A DNA stretch of 64,000 bases from Squalus acanthias (GCA_030390025.1 JASTWF010000070.1:806001-870000), one strand, 5' to 3'. Shown: positions 1 to 13,706, counted from the stretch's first letter. Notes: generated from the sequence alone by a model not told the origin. Numbers and translations: made by a program.

Positions 1-770
1 AGGAGAACAGCAACCAAGACACCACACAACCCTGCCACGGCAACCTCTGCAAGACATGCCAAATCATGGACACAGATACCATCATTACACGTGAGGACAC
101 TACCCACCAGGTACACGGTACATACTCATGTGACTCGGCCAACGTTGTCTACCTGATACGTTGCAGTAAAGGATGCTCCAGAGCATGGTACATCGGCGAG
201 ACCATGCAGACACTGAGACAACGTATGAACGGACACCGCGCAACAATCGCCAGGCAGGAGGGTTGCCTCCCAGTCGGGGAACACTTCAGCAGCCAGGGGC
301 ATTCAGCCTCGGATCTGCGGGTAAGCGTTCTCCAAGGCGGCCTTCGAGATACACGACAGCGTAAAATCATAGAGCAGAAACTGATAGCCAAGTTCGGCAC
401 TCATGAGGATGGCCTCAATCGCGATATCGGGTTCATGTCACGATACAGAACGTGACTTGACATCATGGCCGGTCTTCCCAGGTGTTTTTTTGGTTTTTTT
501 TTTAAAAAGGCTAACACAAGAACACAAATTGACAGGATATGCAGCCAGCAGGTGGTTTGACACGTTGGACCCCCTGGGACACATCTCATTGTCTTGGCTG
601 TGCTCTTTGTTGTAACGAATAATGTGAATAGATTTTGTCTGGGTTTAAATTGTGAATTCTGGGAGATTCTCTCATTGCTAACTTACCTGACGAAGGAGCG
701 ACAGCTCCGAAAGCTTGTAAAATTAAATAAATCTGTTGGACTATAACCTGGTGTTGTGCGACTTCTCATT
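1..770 (+). mobile_element. 3' end of a Penelope-like retroelement: GIY-YIG endonuclease ORF (66-455) plus 3' pLTR-like tail with hammerhead motif
   Basis: ORF has the PLE endonuclease motifs 'C..ANVVYLIRC..C..WYIGET...LRQRMNGHR...VGEHF...H...E...I..FGT...GLN'; CTGACGA...GAAA core at 687-712. Confidence 0.85.
683..720 (+). ncRNA. Minimal hammerhead ribozyme motif (PLE-associated)
   Basis: ttac-CTGACGA-a-ggagc-gaca-gctcc-GAAA-gctt-gtaa: stem I ttac/gtaa, stem II ggagc/gctcc, palindromic AAGCTT helix III. Confidence 0.65.
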
Positions 771-780
771 TTCATTTTAG

Positions 781-1210
781 TCTGAGTCGCCCCATTTAAA
801 ACTCAGGATGGCAAATAAAACTCGGCACAATATTAATAAGATGACACCTTGCCTTTAATTTGCTGCGGGTCCGATTAATGCGCGTAGTTCCCGTTTTAAA
901 CCCTGTTCCAGTTGAATTATTAAGCGGCGGGGTCAGTTGTTTCTGGGGGTCTGTGATGTTGAACATTTCCCCTGTTTGGAGTCAATCCCTAACTCCCCAC
1001 ATTGAGTCCTGGTTCATGTTTTTAAAAGTCAGATTGAAACTGGTTGGTGTCAATTACTTGAGGGCGAAAGAAAAATGTACTAAATTTTTAATAAATGGGT
1101 TGGCTTCAGATATTAGCGTCAAAGGAATAATATTTTTTTGTTTTCATAAATAAATATCTTAATTGTGTATCTGTGAAGTTAGATATTTCCCTGTTTCTTA
1201 GAAAAACACA
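781..1210. repeat. Paralog of the non-coding segment upstream of the IgL promoter (43763-44190)
   Basis: Near-colinear match, e.g. tctgagtcgccc...ataaaactcggca...gacaccttgcctttaattt. Confidence 0.8.
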
Positions 1211-1549
1211 CAGAGAGGCCGGAGGGATTCTCGCCCCCTGGAGTAGCCGGCATTGAATTCCGGCAGCGATTGGTTCTCACCTGCCAAGAGGGGCGTTTCG
1301 GTGAAGCCCAGTTGCTTGGTTCTGTTTCTGCGCTTGAACTGGTCACTGAATCCTCAGGTCTGTTAGAATTATTAAAGGGGCTTTGGTGCTGTGACTGGAG
1401 CTACTCTCTCAACCTTGCACAGGGACCAAGAGCTTTGTCACTGCTGACAGTGACATGGCTGACTGGCGAACCAATCATTGCTGAGCACTGGCCACACAGC
1501 GCACTGCACCTTCGGAACTATAGTTCCACACATGATGCAACAGTTATAC

Positions 1550-2800
1550 ATTCCTTTCTGGCGCAAAAACACAAAAGGAAAAGCGGCCCAACCATGGCTA
1601 ACAAAAGAAATGAAGGATAGTATTAGATCTAAAGAAGAGTCATATAAAGTTGCCAGAAAAAGTAGAAAGGCTGAGGATTGGGAACATTTTAGAATTCAGC
1701 AAAAAAGGACCAAGCGATTGATTAAGAGGGGAAAAATAGAGTATGAGAGCAAAATTGCAAGGAACATAAAAGCGGACTGTAAAAGCGCTACAGTTGTGTA
1801 AAAAAAAAAGATTAGTGAAGACAAATTTAGGTCCCTTACAGTCAGAAACGGGAGAATTTATAATGAGTCACAAGGAAATGGAAAGAAATTAAACAAATAC
1901 ATTTGTTCTGTCTTCACGGAAGAGGACACAAATAAATTCCCAGAAATGCTGAGTGAGTGGGCAAATACATGGCAGATGCAGGTGGATAAATGTGAAGTTA
2001 TCCACTTCGTTCGGAAAAACAGAAAGGCAGAGTATTATTTAAATGGTGATAGATTGGGAAATGTTGATGTACAAAGGGACCTGGATGTCCTTGTACACCA
2101 GTCACTAAAAGCAAACATGCATGTGCAGCAAGCAGATAGAAAGGGAAATGGTATGTTGGCCTTCATTGCAAGAGGATATGAGTAAAAGAACAAGGATGTC
2201 TTACTACAGTTATACAGGGCCTTGGTGAAACCACACCTGGAGTACTGTGTGCAGTTTTGGTCTCCTTGTCTAAGAAAGGATATACTTGCCATAGAGGGAG
2301 TGCAGCGAAGGATCACCAGACTGATTCCTTGGATGGCACGACTGTCGTATGAGAGGAGATTGGATCAACGAGGCCTGTATTCACTGGAGTTTGGAAGAAT
2401 GAGAGGCGATCTCATTGAAACGTATAAAATTCTGACAGGGCTAGACAGTCTGGATGTAGGGAGGTTATTTCCCCTGGCTGGGTGGTCTAGAACGAGGGCT
2501 CCCAGTCTCAGGATACGGGGTAGGACATTTAGGATAGAGATGAGGTGAAATTTCTTCACTCCGAGGGTGATGAACCTGTGGAATTCTCTACCTCAGACAG
2601 CTGTAGAGGCCAAGTCACTGATTATACTTAAGAAGGAAATAGATAGATTTCTAGGCACAAAAGGCATTAAGGGGTATGGGGTGAGTGCGGGAATATGGTA
2701 TTGAGATGGAGGATCAGCCATGATCAGATTGAATGGCAGAGCAGGCTCGAGGGGCCGAATGGCCTACTCCTGCTCCTATTTTTCTATGTTCCTATGTTTC
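1550..2800 (+). mobile_element. CR1-type LINE fragment, internally deleted, with 3' tail
   Basis: RT C-terminal peptides (WQMQ..KCEVIHF, LEYCVQFWSP, RGDLIETYKIL) in broken frames; (ttctatg)-type tail. Confidence 0.85.
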
Positions 2801-2849
2801 TATGGCCAATAGCCAAGTCAGCGCGTCTATTGATATCACTGTGTCAGAT

Positions 2850-3780
2850 CTACCTCACCACTACCTCTCTCGACCCACCCACTGTTTCTAAATTGTCACA
2901 CTGCTTGTCCTACATCCAGCACTGGATGAGCAGAAATTTACACCAACTAAATATTGGGAAGACCGAAGCCATGGTCTTTGGGCCCCGGCACAAATTCCGC
3001 TCCCTCGCAATGGACTCCATCCCTCTCCCTGGCAGAACCAGACTGTTCACAACCTTGTTGTCATATCTGACCCTGAGATGATCTTCGGACCACATATCTG
3101 CACGATAACGAAGACTGCCTATTTCCACCTCTGTAACATCGCCAATCCGGCCTTGCTCAGCTCATCTGCGGCTGAAACCCTCATCCGTGCCTTTGTGACC
3201 TCCAGACTTGAATATTCCAAAGCACTTCTGGCCGGCCTCCCACATTCCAGCCTACTTAAACTTGAGGTCATCCGAAACTCGGCTGCCCGTGTCCTAATTC
3301 TAAACAATACCTGTTCAATGATCACCCCTGTGCTCGCTGAACCACATTGGCTCCCGTTTAGGCAACACCTCGATTTTAAATATCTCATCCTTGTTTTCAA
3401 ATTCCTCCACGGCCTCACCATCCCTATCTCTGTAATTTCCTCCAGTTCCACAACCCTCCGAGATATCTGTGCTCCTCTAATTCTGGCCTATTGGACATCC
3501 CCAATTATAATCTCTCAACCATTGCCGGGTGTGCTTTCAGCTGCCAGTGACCTCAGCTCTGGAAATCCCTCCCTGAACTTATCCACCTCCCTATCTCTCT
3601 CTCCTCCTCTAACACGCTCCTAAAAACCTACCTCTGTGAACAAGCTTTTGGTTATCTGCCCAAATATATCGTTAGTTCTTACGTGGCTTGGAGTAATTTA
3701 TTTCTGAAAACTCTTGTGACGCACCTTGCGACATTCGCTACGTTAAAAGCGCTGTATATATACCAGTTGTTGTTGTTGTT
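2850..3780 (+). mobile_element. L2-clade LINE 3' fragment
   Basis: LNIGKTEA, SRLEYSKALLAGLP and ITPVLAEPHWLP motifs; (gtt)n tail. Confidence 0.75.
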
Positions 3781-4804
3781 GGAGTTGGATCGGGACTTAA
3801 GGCAGGACTCACAGCAAACAGCCTATTTTACAGCAAACAAACTTTATTTGCTCTGCTAACAGAGTTTATTTAAGCAGCGCAGTATAGCAAACAGTCTACA
3901 GAGTCTATTTAAAAATAATCTGTACGAACTACAGCAAATAGAATTCCTCACCCAAACTACAGCAACTCTCCCCCTCTCACTGTGTCTCTCTGACTCTCTC
4001 TCTCTCTCTGACTCTCTCTTTCTCTCTCTCTCTGTCTCTCTCTCTTTCTCTCTCTCTCTGATAGCTCAGCGAACATGCGCAGGAAGTACAATGCGACATA
4101 GTTTAAAATTTTGCTTTGATATTGTGATTCACACACATCTAAAAACGTAATCATGATTCAAGAAACAAAAATTGGGGAAAAAGCATCATTCAATCAACAA
4201 ATTTCGTGACAACAAATTTTTCAATTAAATGCAAGCAATGGTTACACACAAAACCATCATGAATTAATAGAAAGGTGTGTTTCGGCCATCAGGTAATGAA
4301 GGCTCACCATATCCATTGGATGTAAACCTTCCTTTACAAACGCCAGTGATGCTAACGAACAAATTTCAGAAGAAAAGATCTCTGGAAAGTTCTCCTCAAC
4401 TCCCTTACACCATCAAGTAAGCTCCAGCAGAACATGGTTAACAACAATTCTAGTTATACATAATATGCTTTCGGCTTACTGCAATGTTTCATTACTGGAT
4501 ATTTCTCAAATTGTGGAATGGAATAGATTTCTGCAACACTTTCTATTGCACATCGTGTAGGGTGTCTTTAAACACACGCGTACCGATACCGGTAGGCATT
4601 CATTTATTGTGGATTGCATTTTATTCACAAGAACAACTTTTAGAAAACTTCTCCCAGTTATCATCGGAGGTGTTCAGGCCTTCCCAAGTATGGCCAGGTG
4701 TTGGTCGGTTCAGTAGTGGAATTTCTGTCCTCAAATGGCCTTGTGGTTGATATCTCTGTTTGGAGAGTGTGCAATTCAGCAGTTGCAGAATATAACTACC
4801 ACTC

Positions 4805-5195
4805 CTGCTCGCCTCTGAGTCAGAAGGTAGTGGGTTCAAGTCCCACTCCAGAGGCTTGAACACATAATCCAGGCTGATAACCCAGGGCCGGTACTGAGGG
4901 AGCGCCGCACTGTCGGAGGTGCCGCCTTTCGGATGAGACGTTAAGCCGAGGCCCGATCTGCCCTCTCAGGTGGATGAGAAGATCCCACGGCCACTATTTC
5001 GAAGAAGAGCTGGGATTCACCTGGTTAAAATGTATCCCTCAACCAACATCACTAAAACAGATTATCTGGAAACCATAACGTTGCTGTTTGTGGGAGCTTG
5101 CTGTGCGCAATATGGCTGCAGCGTTTCCTACATTACAACAGTGACTACACTTTAAAAGTACAGCCTTGTCTCTAAACGTTTTGGGACATCCTGAA
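4805..5195 (+). mobile_element. tRNA-headed DeuSINE (SacSINE1-like)
   Basis: B-box ggttcaagtccc; Deu-domain-like gatgagacgttaagccgaggccc...gatccca; further copies at ~7800-8255, 17990-18615, 32500-33245. Confidence 0.7.
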
Positions 5196-8100
5196 ATCTG
5201 GACTGGGAGTTGGACCCACAAACTTCCAAGTCAAGAGGCCAGAGTGCTAGCAACTGCACCACTGCTAACACCTGAACATGTGGTGGTTTACTTATCCTAC
5301 TTCAGTGTGAATCACGACTGTGCTCTGGGGAAGAACATGGTTTCCCAACCTTTATTTCAGAAATATAACAGGCGTGAACAAAACCTCTCAAGAAATAAGC
5401 AAAATTAATATCCCGTTAATCAATCCGTCCCGTTTACTTAATTAGCCTAAGGTACGTTGGTCAGAATGCACAGTACTCCGAATGGTGGGGCCTGGTTTTA
5501 ATATACACTGAATGGAAACTCGCGACACAGCGCCCCTAGCGGCCAACATAAATATCTACTAAAATCAAGAAATTCTTTGAGGGACCTGATGGCCAATTAG
5601 GAGGTAGGATGTTTGGACACATATTTATCATATCCAGCATCTCGCTGGGATAAATTCTCTTCTCATTCCTAAAAATCATGACAGAATCTAATTACAAAAT
5701 AACAGTTAATCAATTCCAGTGATGAGGGACTTCAGTTACATGGATAAACTGGAGAAGCTGGGCTTGTTCTCCTTAGAGCAGAGAAGGTTGAGAGGAGATT
5801 TGATAGAGGTGTTTAAAATCGTGAGGGGTCCAGACAGAGTAGATAGAGAGAAACTGTTCCCATTGGCAGAAGGGCCGAGAACCAGAGGACAGAGATTTAA
5901 GGTGATTGGCAAAAAACAGAGGCGACATGAGGAATAACCTCTTTACGCAGCGAATGGTTAGGATCTGGAATGCACTGCCTGAAAGGGTGGTGGAGGCAGA
6001 CCCAATCGTGGCTTTCAAAGGGGAATTCGAAAAGTATCTGAAGGAAATAAATTTGCAGGGCTATCGGGAAAGGGCGCGGGGAGTGGGACGAGCAGAAGTG
6101 CTCTTGTGGAGAGCCGGCACGGGCTCGACGGGCCGAATGGCCACTTTCTGTGCTGTAACCATTCTATGATTCTATGATTTTAAACTTCTAGTGCATTGTT
6201 CTATTTTAGGAAAACTTTTTTTAATTTGCTTGTGGCAAATTTCCAACAAACTGGTCACTACCTTGCAACAGTGGCACCAGTCAAGACAAAAAGTGTAGAA
6301 AAATACGACACCAGAAAGTCCTCGTTGTTTAAAGTTAGTTGCAGACCGCCATCGTACTGATACACTGGATTATCTTTAGAATACGCTAAACGGTGTTTGA
6401 AAAAGCAATACATTCTACGTAAATCCTGGCGAGTGCACGGAGATAGGAACATCGGAACAGGACGAGGACATTCAGCTCCTCCAGCCTGTTCCGCCATTCA
6501 ATGAGATCGCGGCTGATCTGTATCTTAACTCCATCTACCCGCCCTGGTTCCATAACCCTTAATACCCTTACCCAACAAAAATCTATCAATCTCAGTGTTG
6601 AAATTATCAATTGAGCCCCTACCTCAAGGCTTTTGCGGGGAGAGAGTTCCAGATTTCCACTGCACTTTGTGTGCAGAAGTGCCTCCTGCCATCACCCCTG
6701 AACGGTCTGTCTCTAATTTTAAGTTCAAGATCCTGTTCTGGACTCCCCCCACCAGAGGAAATATTTTTTCTCTATCCAAAAGAGAAACATCTGAGTCAGA
6801 CAGTGGTGGGATTAAGTTTCGTTCCAGAGACTTGAGCACAAAAATCTAGGCTGACAATTCCAGTGCAGTATTGAGGGAGCGCTGCTCTGTCAGATCTGCC
6901 GAATTTCAGATCAACCACTAAACTGTGCACAATTTTGGTCTGCTGTGCTAGGTTTTGGTCTCCTTATCTAAGGAAGTATATACTTGCCTTGGAGGCGGTG
7001 CAACGAAGGTTCACTACATTGATTCCTGGGATGAGAGGGCTGTCCTATGATGAGAGATTGTGTAGAATGGGCCTGTACTCTCTGGAGTTTAGATGAATGA
7101 GAGGGGATCTCATTGAAACATACAAGATTCTGAAGGGGATTGACAGGGTAGATGCTGAGAGTTTCCCCTGGCTAGAGTGTTAAGAACTAGGGGGCATAGT
7201 CTGAGGATAAGGGATCGGCCATTTAAGACCGAGATGAGGAGGAATTTCTTCACTCAGAGGGTTGTGAATCTTTGGAATTTTCTACCCCAGAGGGCTGTGG
7301 ATGATCAGTCATTGAGTATATTCAAGGCTGAGATAGATATATTTTTGGACTCTAGGGGAATCAAAGGATATGGAGGAGGACGGGAAAGTGGTGTTGAGGT
7401 CGATGATCAGACATGATCTTATTGAATGGAGGAGCAGGCTCGAGGGGCCGTATGGCCGACTCCTGCTCTTATTTCTTACGTTCTTATGAGGCCCATGAGG
7501 AGGTCAATCAATGAGATCACGGCTGATCTGTACCTTAAATCCATCTACCCGCCCTGGTTCCTTAACCCTTAATACCCTTACCCAATAAAAATCTATCAAT
7601 CTCAGTTTTGAAGTTTTCAATTGACCCCCAGCCTCAACGCTTTTTAAGAGAGAGAGTTCCAGATTTGCAATGCCCATTGTGTGAAGAACTGCTTCCTGAT
7701 ATCACCCCTGAACGGCCTGGCTCTAACTTTAAGGTTATGCCCCCTTGTTTGGACTCCTCCCACCAGGGGAATGTTTTTCTCTCTATTTAAAGGAGAGACA
7801 GCTGTGGCCGAGTTGGTAGCACCTTCGCCTTTGAGTCAGAAGTTTGTGTGTACAAGTCTCATTCTAGAGACTTGAGCACAAAAATCTATGCCGACGCTCC
7901 CAGTGCAGTATTGAGGGAGCGCTGCACTGTCAGAGCTGCCGTATTTCAGATGAGGCATTAAACTGAGGCCGTGTCTGCCCTCTCAGGTTGACGTAAAAGG
8001 TGCAATGGCATTATTTCAAGGAAACGCAGGGGAGTTCACCCTGGAGTCCTGGACAATATTTATCCCTCAAACAGCATCACTAGAAAACAAATGATATGGT

Positions 8101-8349
8101 CATTATCACATTGGTCTTTGTGGGAGCTTGCTGTGTGCAAATTGGCTGCTGCGTTTCCTACACTACATCAGTGACCAACCTCAGAAAGTACTTCATTGGC
8201 TGTAAAGCGCGTTGGGACGTCCGGTGGTGGTGAAAGGCGCTATAGAAATGCAAGTCTGTCTATTTTCTATCAACTTTAATCATCTTAAGCTCCTTAGTTT
8301 GAGGTTGTTTAGGTGTTTGTTCAGAGTCTCTGTGGCTTTACATTGCAAG

Positions 8350-8503
8350 TTAAGTTACAGTTTCCACCTGCTGTGGATTCTTTCGTAAATCTGATAGAAC
8401 CCATTCGAGTTCGCGTCTCTTTCCCGCCTTCTTTTTTGATGACATTTTCAAAGCAGCAACATCCAACGATGTGTGGAGTCTGGTCACGCGGGCCGCCCCG
8501 AGC
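8350..8503 (-). pseudogene. Degenerate paralog of the gene A terminal (ITIM) exon
   Basis: Minus strand ggcggcccgcgtgaccagact...gtcatcaaaaaagaaggcg aligns to 19627-19705; YASL is replaced by HTSL, with a 2-nt indel and a mutated acceptor. Confidence 0.7.
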
Positions 8504-9448
8504 CTGGAAAACATGTTAAAACAGGGAAATATATTGATATTTAAATCATGTTTATATCAGCTTACTCGTTCTCCATAAGGCACGGGACTGGCTTCCTGTT
8601 TATAGGCAACAGTAGACGGATATTACTCATAAATAATCTCAAATTAGAAACCAACAAGATTATTTTAAAAATCAAATTAACCATTCAGTCAACTGCACAG
8701 TTTGATTGGTTGACACGTCGAACTAATCCAATCAGCCGTTTCGTCATGCGCCATCTGCTAGGAGATGTGTTTCCAGGGTCAAGGGGCATAGTTCCGAATA
8801 ATGGCCCCAGGTCATTGTTTTGAGAGAATGGAAACCGCTGCTATGGCGCCCCTACCGGAAAGCGAAGAGTCTACCTGGGACCTCAATGAAAAAGCTGTTT
8901 GCCTGTTCGGAGGGCCAAGCTCGCTGCTTGGTGGTGGAGACAGATAGCAGCAGCGTCTCGTTATAGCACACTGAAACGTACAGATACAAAAACACATACA
9001 CACAAACACAAACACACGTACATAAACACAAACACATACACACACTTACATTCACACATACTTATAAACACATACACACAAATATACACACAAATACATA
9101 CACTCATAAACATACGCCTAGAAGGACAAGGGCAGCAGGCGTATGGAAACACCACAACCTCCAAGTTCCCCTCCAAGTCACAACTCATCCTGACTTGGAA
9201 ATATATCGCCCGTCCCTTCATCGTCACTGGGTGAAAATCCTGGAACTCCCACCCGAACAGCGCTGCGGGAGCACCTTCACCACACGGACTGCAGCGGTTC
9301 AAGTAGACGGCTCACCATCACATTCCCAAGGGCAACTAGGGATGGGCAATAAATGCCAGCCTTGCCAGCGATGCCCACATCCTGTGAATAAAGAGAAATG
9401 CATTCACACACACACACACACACATATACACATCGGCACATATACACA

Positions 9449-9487
<39 letters not shown>

Positions 9488-10208
9488 ACAGACACGCACA
9501 AATAAAAAACAGACTCACCCACATATAAACACAGACATACACACGCACATAAATACATTCTTAAGCCTTGTATATCGACTTAGCATGGAGGCGATTTAGC
9601 AACATAGTTTCATTTATCTTCACAATTATCCAGGAATTTCGTCGCATTTCTGCATCTCTATAATAATTGCCTTGGCCAAAGTATTAAAATCAGTCACCGC
9701 ACCAGGGCGGGAGTGGGGGCGACCTCGACTCCCTGTAGAAATAATAAATCTGGGTATCTGAAATACAAACTAAAACTGCTGGAATGACACTGCGGATGAG
9801 TGTCTGTCGAAGGCATTATGCCCGAAACATTAACTGATCATTCCTGTCAGTAGATACCACTGCGGTTGATGGATTCGCTCTATTTTCATTCGGAGCGATA
9901 ACGGGCATTGGATGGAAATTTAGATGACGCAGACCGCGGTCTGCTCTCTGTTCACGGGGCGAAACATTCCTTTGAAGCTAAAACTGTACGCGATCAAAAT
10001 ATGAAACAAGCATTAATTCTGGTAAATTCTTGGTCACGTGCCATAAATATTGAGAATAGAATTGTGGGATGGTCTTTGAATCAATCTTAAAAGAACATGG
10101 AAAATATAAAAAATATACCATTGAAATCGGAGTTGGGAATTGACTGGTTTTGGCACAGTGTTAAATGCAGTGTGACTGTTACTGATGAAAAATGATTCAG
10201 TTACTTAC

Positions 10209-10238
10209 TTTTCCTTCTGGGTCTCTTGACTCGTTCTT
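10209..10238 (-). pseudogene. 30-nt cytoplasmic mini-exon paralog (EERVKRPRRK)
   Basis: ttgtttcag / gtaagt boundaries; homologous to 16324-16354. Confidence 0.7.
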
Positions 10239-10324
10239 CTGAAACAATTAACTGTAATTCGCATTGAACAAACATTTATTAAAATAGTCCCGATCAACAT
10301 CAATTCTCTCCTGATCTGCCGCTG

Positions 10325-10413
10325 TTATGATTCCAAAATGGAAATGAGGATCAATACTCGAACCAGGATCACCGAGACAGTTATTGCAATGGGAAGGGTC
10401 GGAATACACCACC
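10325..10413 (-). CDS. Orphan TM exon with intramembrane Arg and immediate stop (GWCIPTLPIAITVSVILVRVLILISILES*)
   Basis: ctctgtag acceptor; inverted paralog of TM exon 16138-16239; CTA>CGA, a +1 T giving TAA, and donor GT>GA. Confidence 0.6.
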
Positions 10414-10789
10414 CTACAGAGAGAAACACTTAGAAAATGCTGCTGGGTCAAGCTTTATTTTCTGGGGTTCTCTGATGAGATACTTGACCCAGTCACAATG
10501 GAGGAGCATCAAACCCGGGGTGTGAAAGGAGAAACCAGCCATTGCGATTAATATTGGACGAGTAAAAACACATAATGGAATAAATTGCGCTATGTTTGGT
10601 GTTTGGGGCAAGTTGAAAGACAGGACTCAACAAATATAATTCAGCCAAGAGATGCACTTACAGCGGAGAGTTACTATCAACAGTATATTATGCGTAAACT
10701 GTTAGGCTCTATGTAAACACCCTGACAAAATTGTGTTTCAAAAATTAACAAATGAAATAATTAGCATTAACATGTCGGACTTAGACATC

Positions 10790-11035
10790 TCTCTCTCTAT
10801 CTAGCTGTCTCCTTACCTATCTATCTATCCGTATCTTTCTATCTCTCTAACTCTATCGATATATATCACCATCTCTATCTCTGTCTCTAACTCAATCTCT
10901 ATCTCCATCTTCATCTCTATCTTTATATCTGTCTCTATCTTAATCGCTATCTCCAGGCCTTTATCTCCATCTATCTCTATCTCTATATCTCGCTTTTTTC
11001 ATGATCTCTGTCTGCATCTGTATCGCTATATCTAA
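10790..11035. repeat. (TCTA/TC)n degenerate microsatellite
   Basis: Seen directly. Confidence 0.85.
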
Positions 11036-13026
11036 CCTCGAAGAGTTTGCAATAACCCAATCTTTGTGAAGCCTCATAAACAGAGCGTGATGTTGCAGCC
11101 AATTGGTGATCTCAACAATACAAACTGATTCAAACGAAAATAGCTCTCTTGAGCAAACTGAGCGGGGTTATAGTTTTACAACAGGAAAATTCAAGAAAGC
11201 GGGTGTAGTTGGGCCTCCTCCCATGCCAGTTGTCCCACACTATCGATCAAGTCGAAGCATTTCCGAGCATTAACTCATTTCTGATCAGAAAATCAGTAAA
11301 CTTATTTTTTATGACAAACTTAAAATTAAGAAATCCAACCGGGAATTCAGGAGAAACTTCTTTACCAAGAGAGTGGTGAGAATGTGGAACTCGCTACCAC
11401 AGGGATTGGTTGAGGCGAATAGTATAGATGGATTTAAGGGGAAGCTATATAAACACATGAGGGAGAAAGGAATAGAAGGATATGCTGATGGGGTGAGATG
11501 GAGAGGGGGTGGGAGGAGTCTCGTGTGGAGCATAAACACCGACACGGACCAGTTGGGCCAAATGGCCTGTGTCTGTGCTGCACATTCTGTGTAATTCTAT
11601 GGAAGGCGTCTATGGAACCTATGTCAAGGGTGGCCATCTTCAGAAGAATGAAGCGGTATGGAAACTGGCAGATAAGAGAAAGTTACATGAATTTTAATTT
11701 TAGGATGAATTTCTGTTATAACTGGTTTTGAGTTGAGCAGGCCATTTAGTACCTTACTGAATTTCTGAACAGTGATGCAGAAATGCCTGACCTCAACTGA
11801 CAAAGAAGCGAGTCTGACCTTGAAGCAGAGAGGGGGCAGCTCGTTGGCAGCGAAGAGGCGCTTTGACTGTGACCGCGCCTGTTGCTCTGAATAGCACAGA
11901 TCACGCTTCTCGGGCCGCTTGCGAGGAGCTGTGCAAAGTGCAGTGAGTTGTGGAAACGGCTGGCCGAGATTCTGTCTTGAGCTAGAAAATAATGGCCGAG
12001 CTAGAAGCTCTCTGTGCTTTTCCTGTTTCTGCAGATTAGCCGCCCACACACAGAAAGGTCAAACAGTGAGGCACCATGTTCAACCGCACACAGAAGACAT
12101 TTGTCACTCAGGGCAGATTCAACTGAACAGAGAGCAGACTCGAGTTCATTGACCACATTTACAACCTCCCCTTCCATGTGACACCGCGTCCTGTTTACCT
12201 GCATTGCCCAGTGTTTGAACAGGAGTAATTGATCCTATTCTGACCCTCAATATCATTCATTAAATATCCTCTCCCCCCACCACCGGCGCACCGTGGCTGC
12301 AGTGTGTACCATCTCCAGACAAGATGCACTGCAGCAACTCACCAAGGCTCCTCCGACAGCAACTCCCAAACCCGCGACCTCTACCGCCTAGAAGGACAAG
12401 GACAGCAGGCGCAAGGTAATACCATCACCTTCAATTTCCCCGCTCCAAGTCAAACGCACCATCCTGACTTGGACAAATATCAGCCGTTCCTTCATCGTCG
12501 CTGGGTCAAAATACTGGAACTCCCTCGGGAACAGCACTGTGGGAGCAGCTTCACCTCACGGACTGCAGCGGTTCAAGTAGGAAGTCCACCACCACATTCT
12601 CAAGGGCAACTAGGGATGGGCAATAAATGCCGACCTTGCCAGCGCCGCCTACATCCCATGAATGAATTAAATACAATTCTCAACTTTAACTGCCAAAATT
12701 AAAATTCAGAATAATGACAAAAGCACACATCCATACCATGACCTTTCTGTCACACTCTCCGAACTATAATCGAAAGCTCTTTATAGCCACTCTGCATTTT
12801 GCATTAGACGGACGGCTATGACGCACAGACGCTGCCCACATGTAAAATCCACGAGGCGTGGGATCCAATAAGATACTGCATCTAAAGGCTTAGCGCGGAA
12901 TAGTTTCCACCGTATCTGAAGTGGGTGTAACCAACTGTCTGTGCGCTCGGGTCACTCGGCGCCCACTCCGAATGCAGAATGTTGAGAGCGAGCACGGGAA
13001 TAACTGAGCGCGGATCCGGTCTCAAG

Positions 13027-13081
13027 ATGTTCAAGGCAGCTTTTTCCCTGATCCTCATTGTCCACGTGTTCTGGCCTTACG
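13027..13081 (+). CDS. Gene A exon 1: signal peptide (MFKAAFSLILIVHVFWPY)
   Basis: aagATG context, hydrophobic core, phase-1 g/gtgagt donor. Confidence 0.85.
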
Positions 13082-13706
13082 GTGAGTGCGATACGGTTCC
13101 AATCTCCTAAATTGAATCAGTCAAAACCTGGAAACAATGGGCTGTGTTTACTAAGTTGAAAATTTGACCGGGCTAACAACTTTTGGGCTGATATTTTCTC
13201 CCCCTCCATATCTCTGTAACCTCCTCCAGCCCTGCAACCCTCCGAGATCTCGGCGCTCCTCCAATTCTGCCCTCTTGCGGATCCCCCGATTTCCATCGCT
13301 CCACCATTGGCGGCCGTGGCTGGGGCCCAAGCTCTGAAATTCCCTCCCTAAACCTCTCCGCCTCTCTCTCCTCCTTTAAGACGTTCCTTAGCACTTAGCT
13401 CTTTGACCAAGCTTTTGGTCACCTGTCCTAATATCTCTTTCTGTGGCTCGGTGTCAAATTTGTGTAAAGCGCCTGGGGTCCTTTAATTACGTTAAAGGCG
13501 CTGTATCAAAGAAAGTTGTTGTTGATCATGTTGGTTTACTTTCTGGTCCTTCTATAAGGCGAAGTAAAGGCAAACTAGAGAATGGATATAACCAGCAATA
13601 ACTGAAGGCAATAATGATGCTGTTCTTAAATTACAGGCGAGGTGTTTCAACGCAGCTTCTTTCTATCGCTCAATAATCAGTTCTAATGTCACAATAATCC
13701 CTCTAG

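Noticed and set aside
5719-7490. Many short ORFs with RGDLIE.. / RNFFTQRVV peptides throughout the window
   Set aside because: Truncated CR1 3' ends, not host genes
8875-8970. Exon-like segment (ttcag...gtagac) on the minus strand within the orphan module; similar candidate at ~9698-9732
   Set aside because: No homolog in gene A; the donor or exon length differs in the duplicate copy
8899-9599. His/Thr- and Val/Cys-rich ORFs (also ~17600-18000 and ~57800-58550)
   Set aside because: Translations of (CA)n/(TG)n microsatellites
11624-12049. 141-aa minus-strand ORF conserved at 60591-61016, with a plausible acceptor near 11980
   Set aside because: Conservation is explained by the recent duplication; no Ig or other motif in any frame
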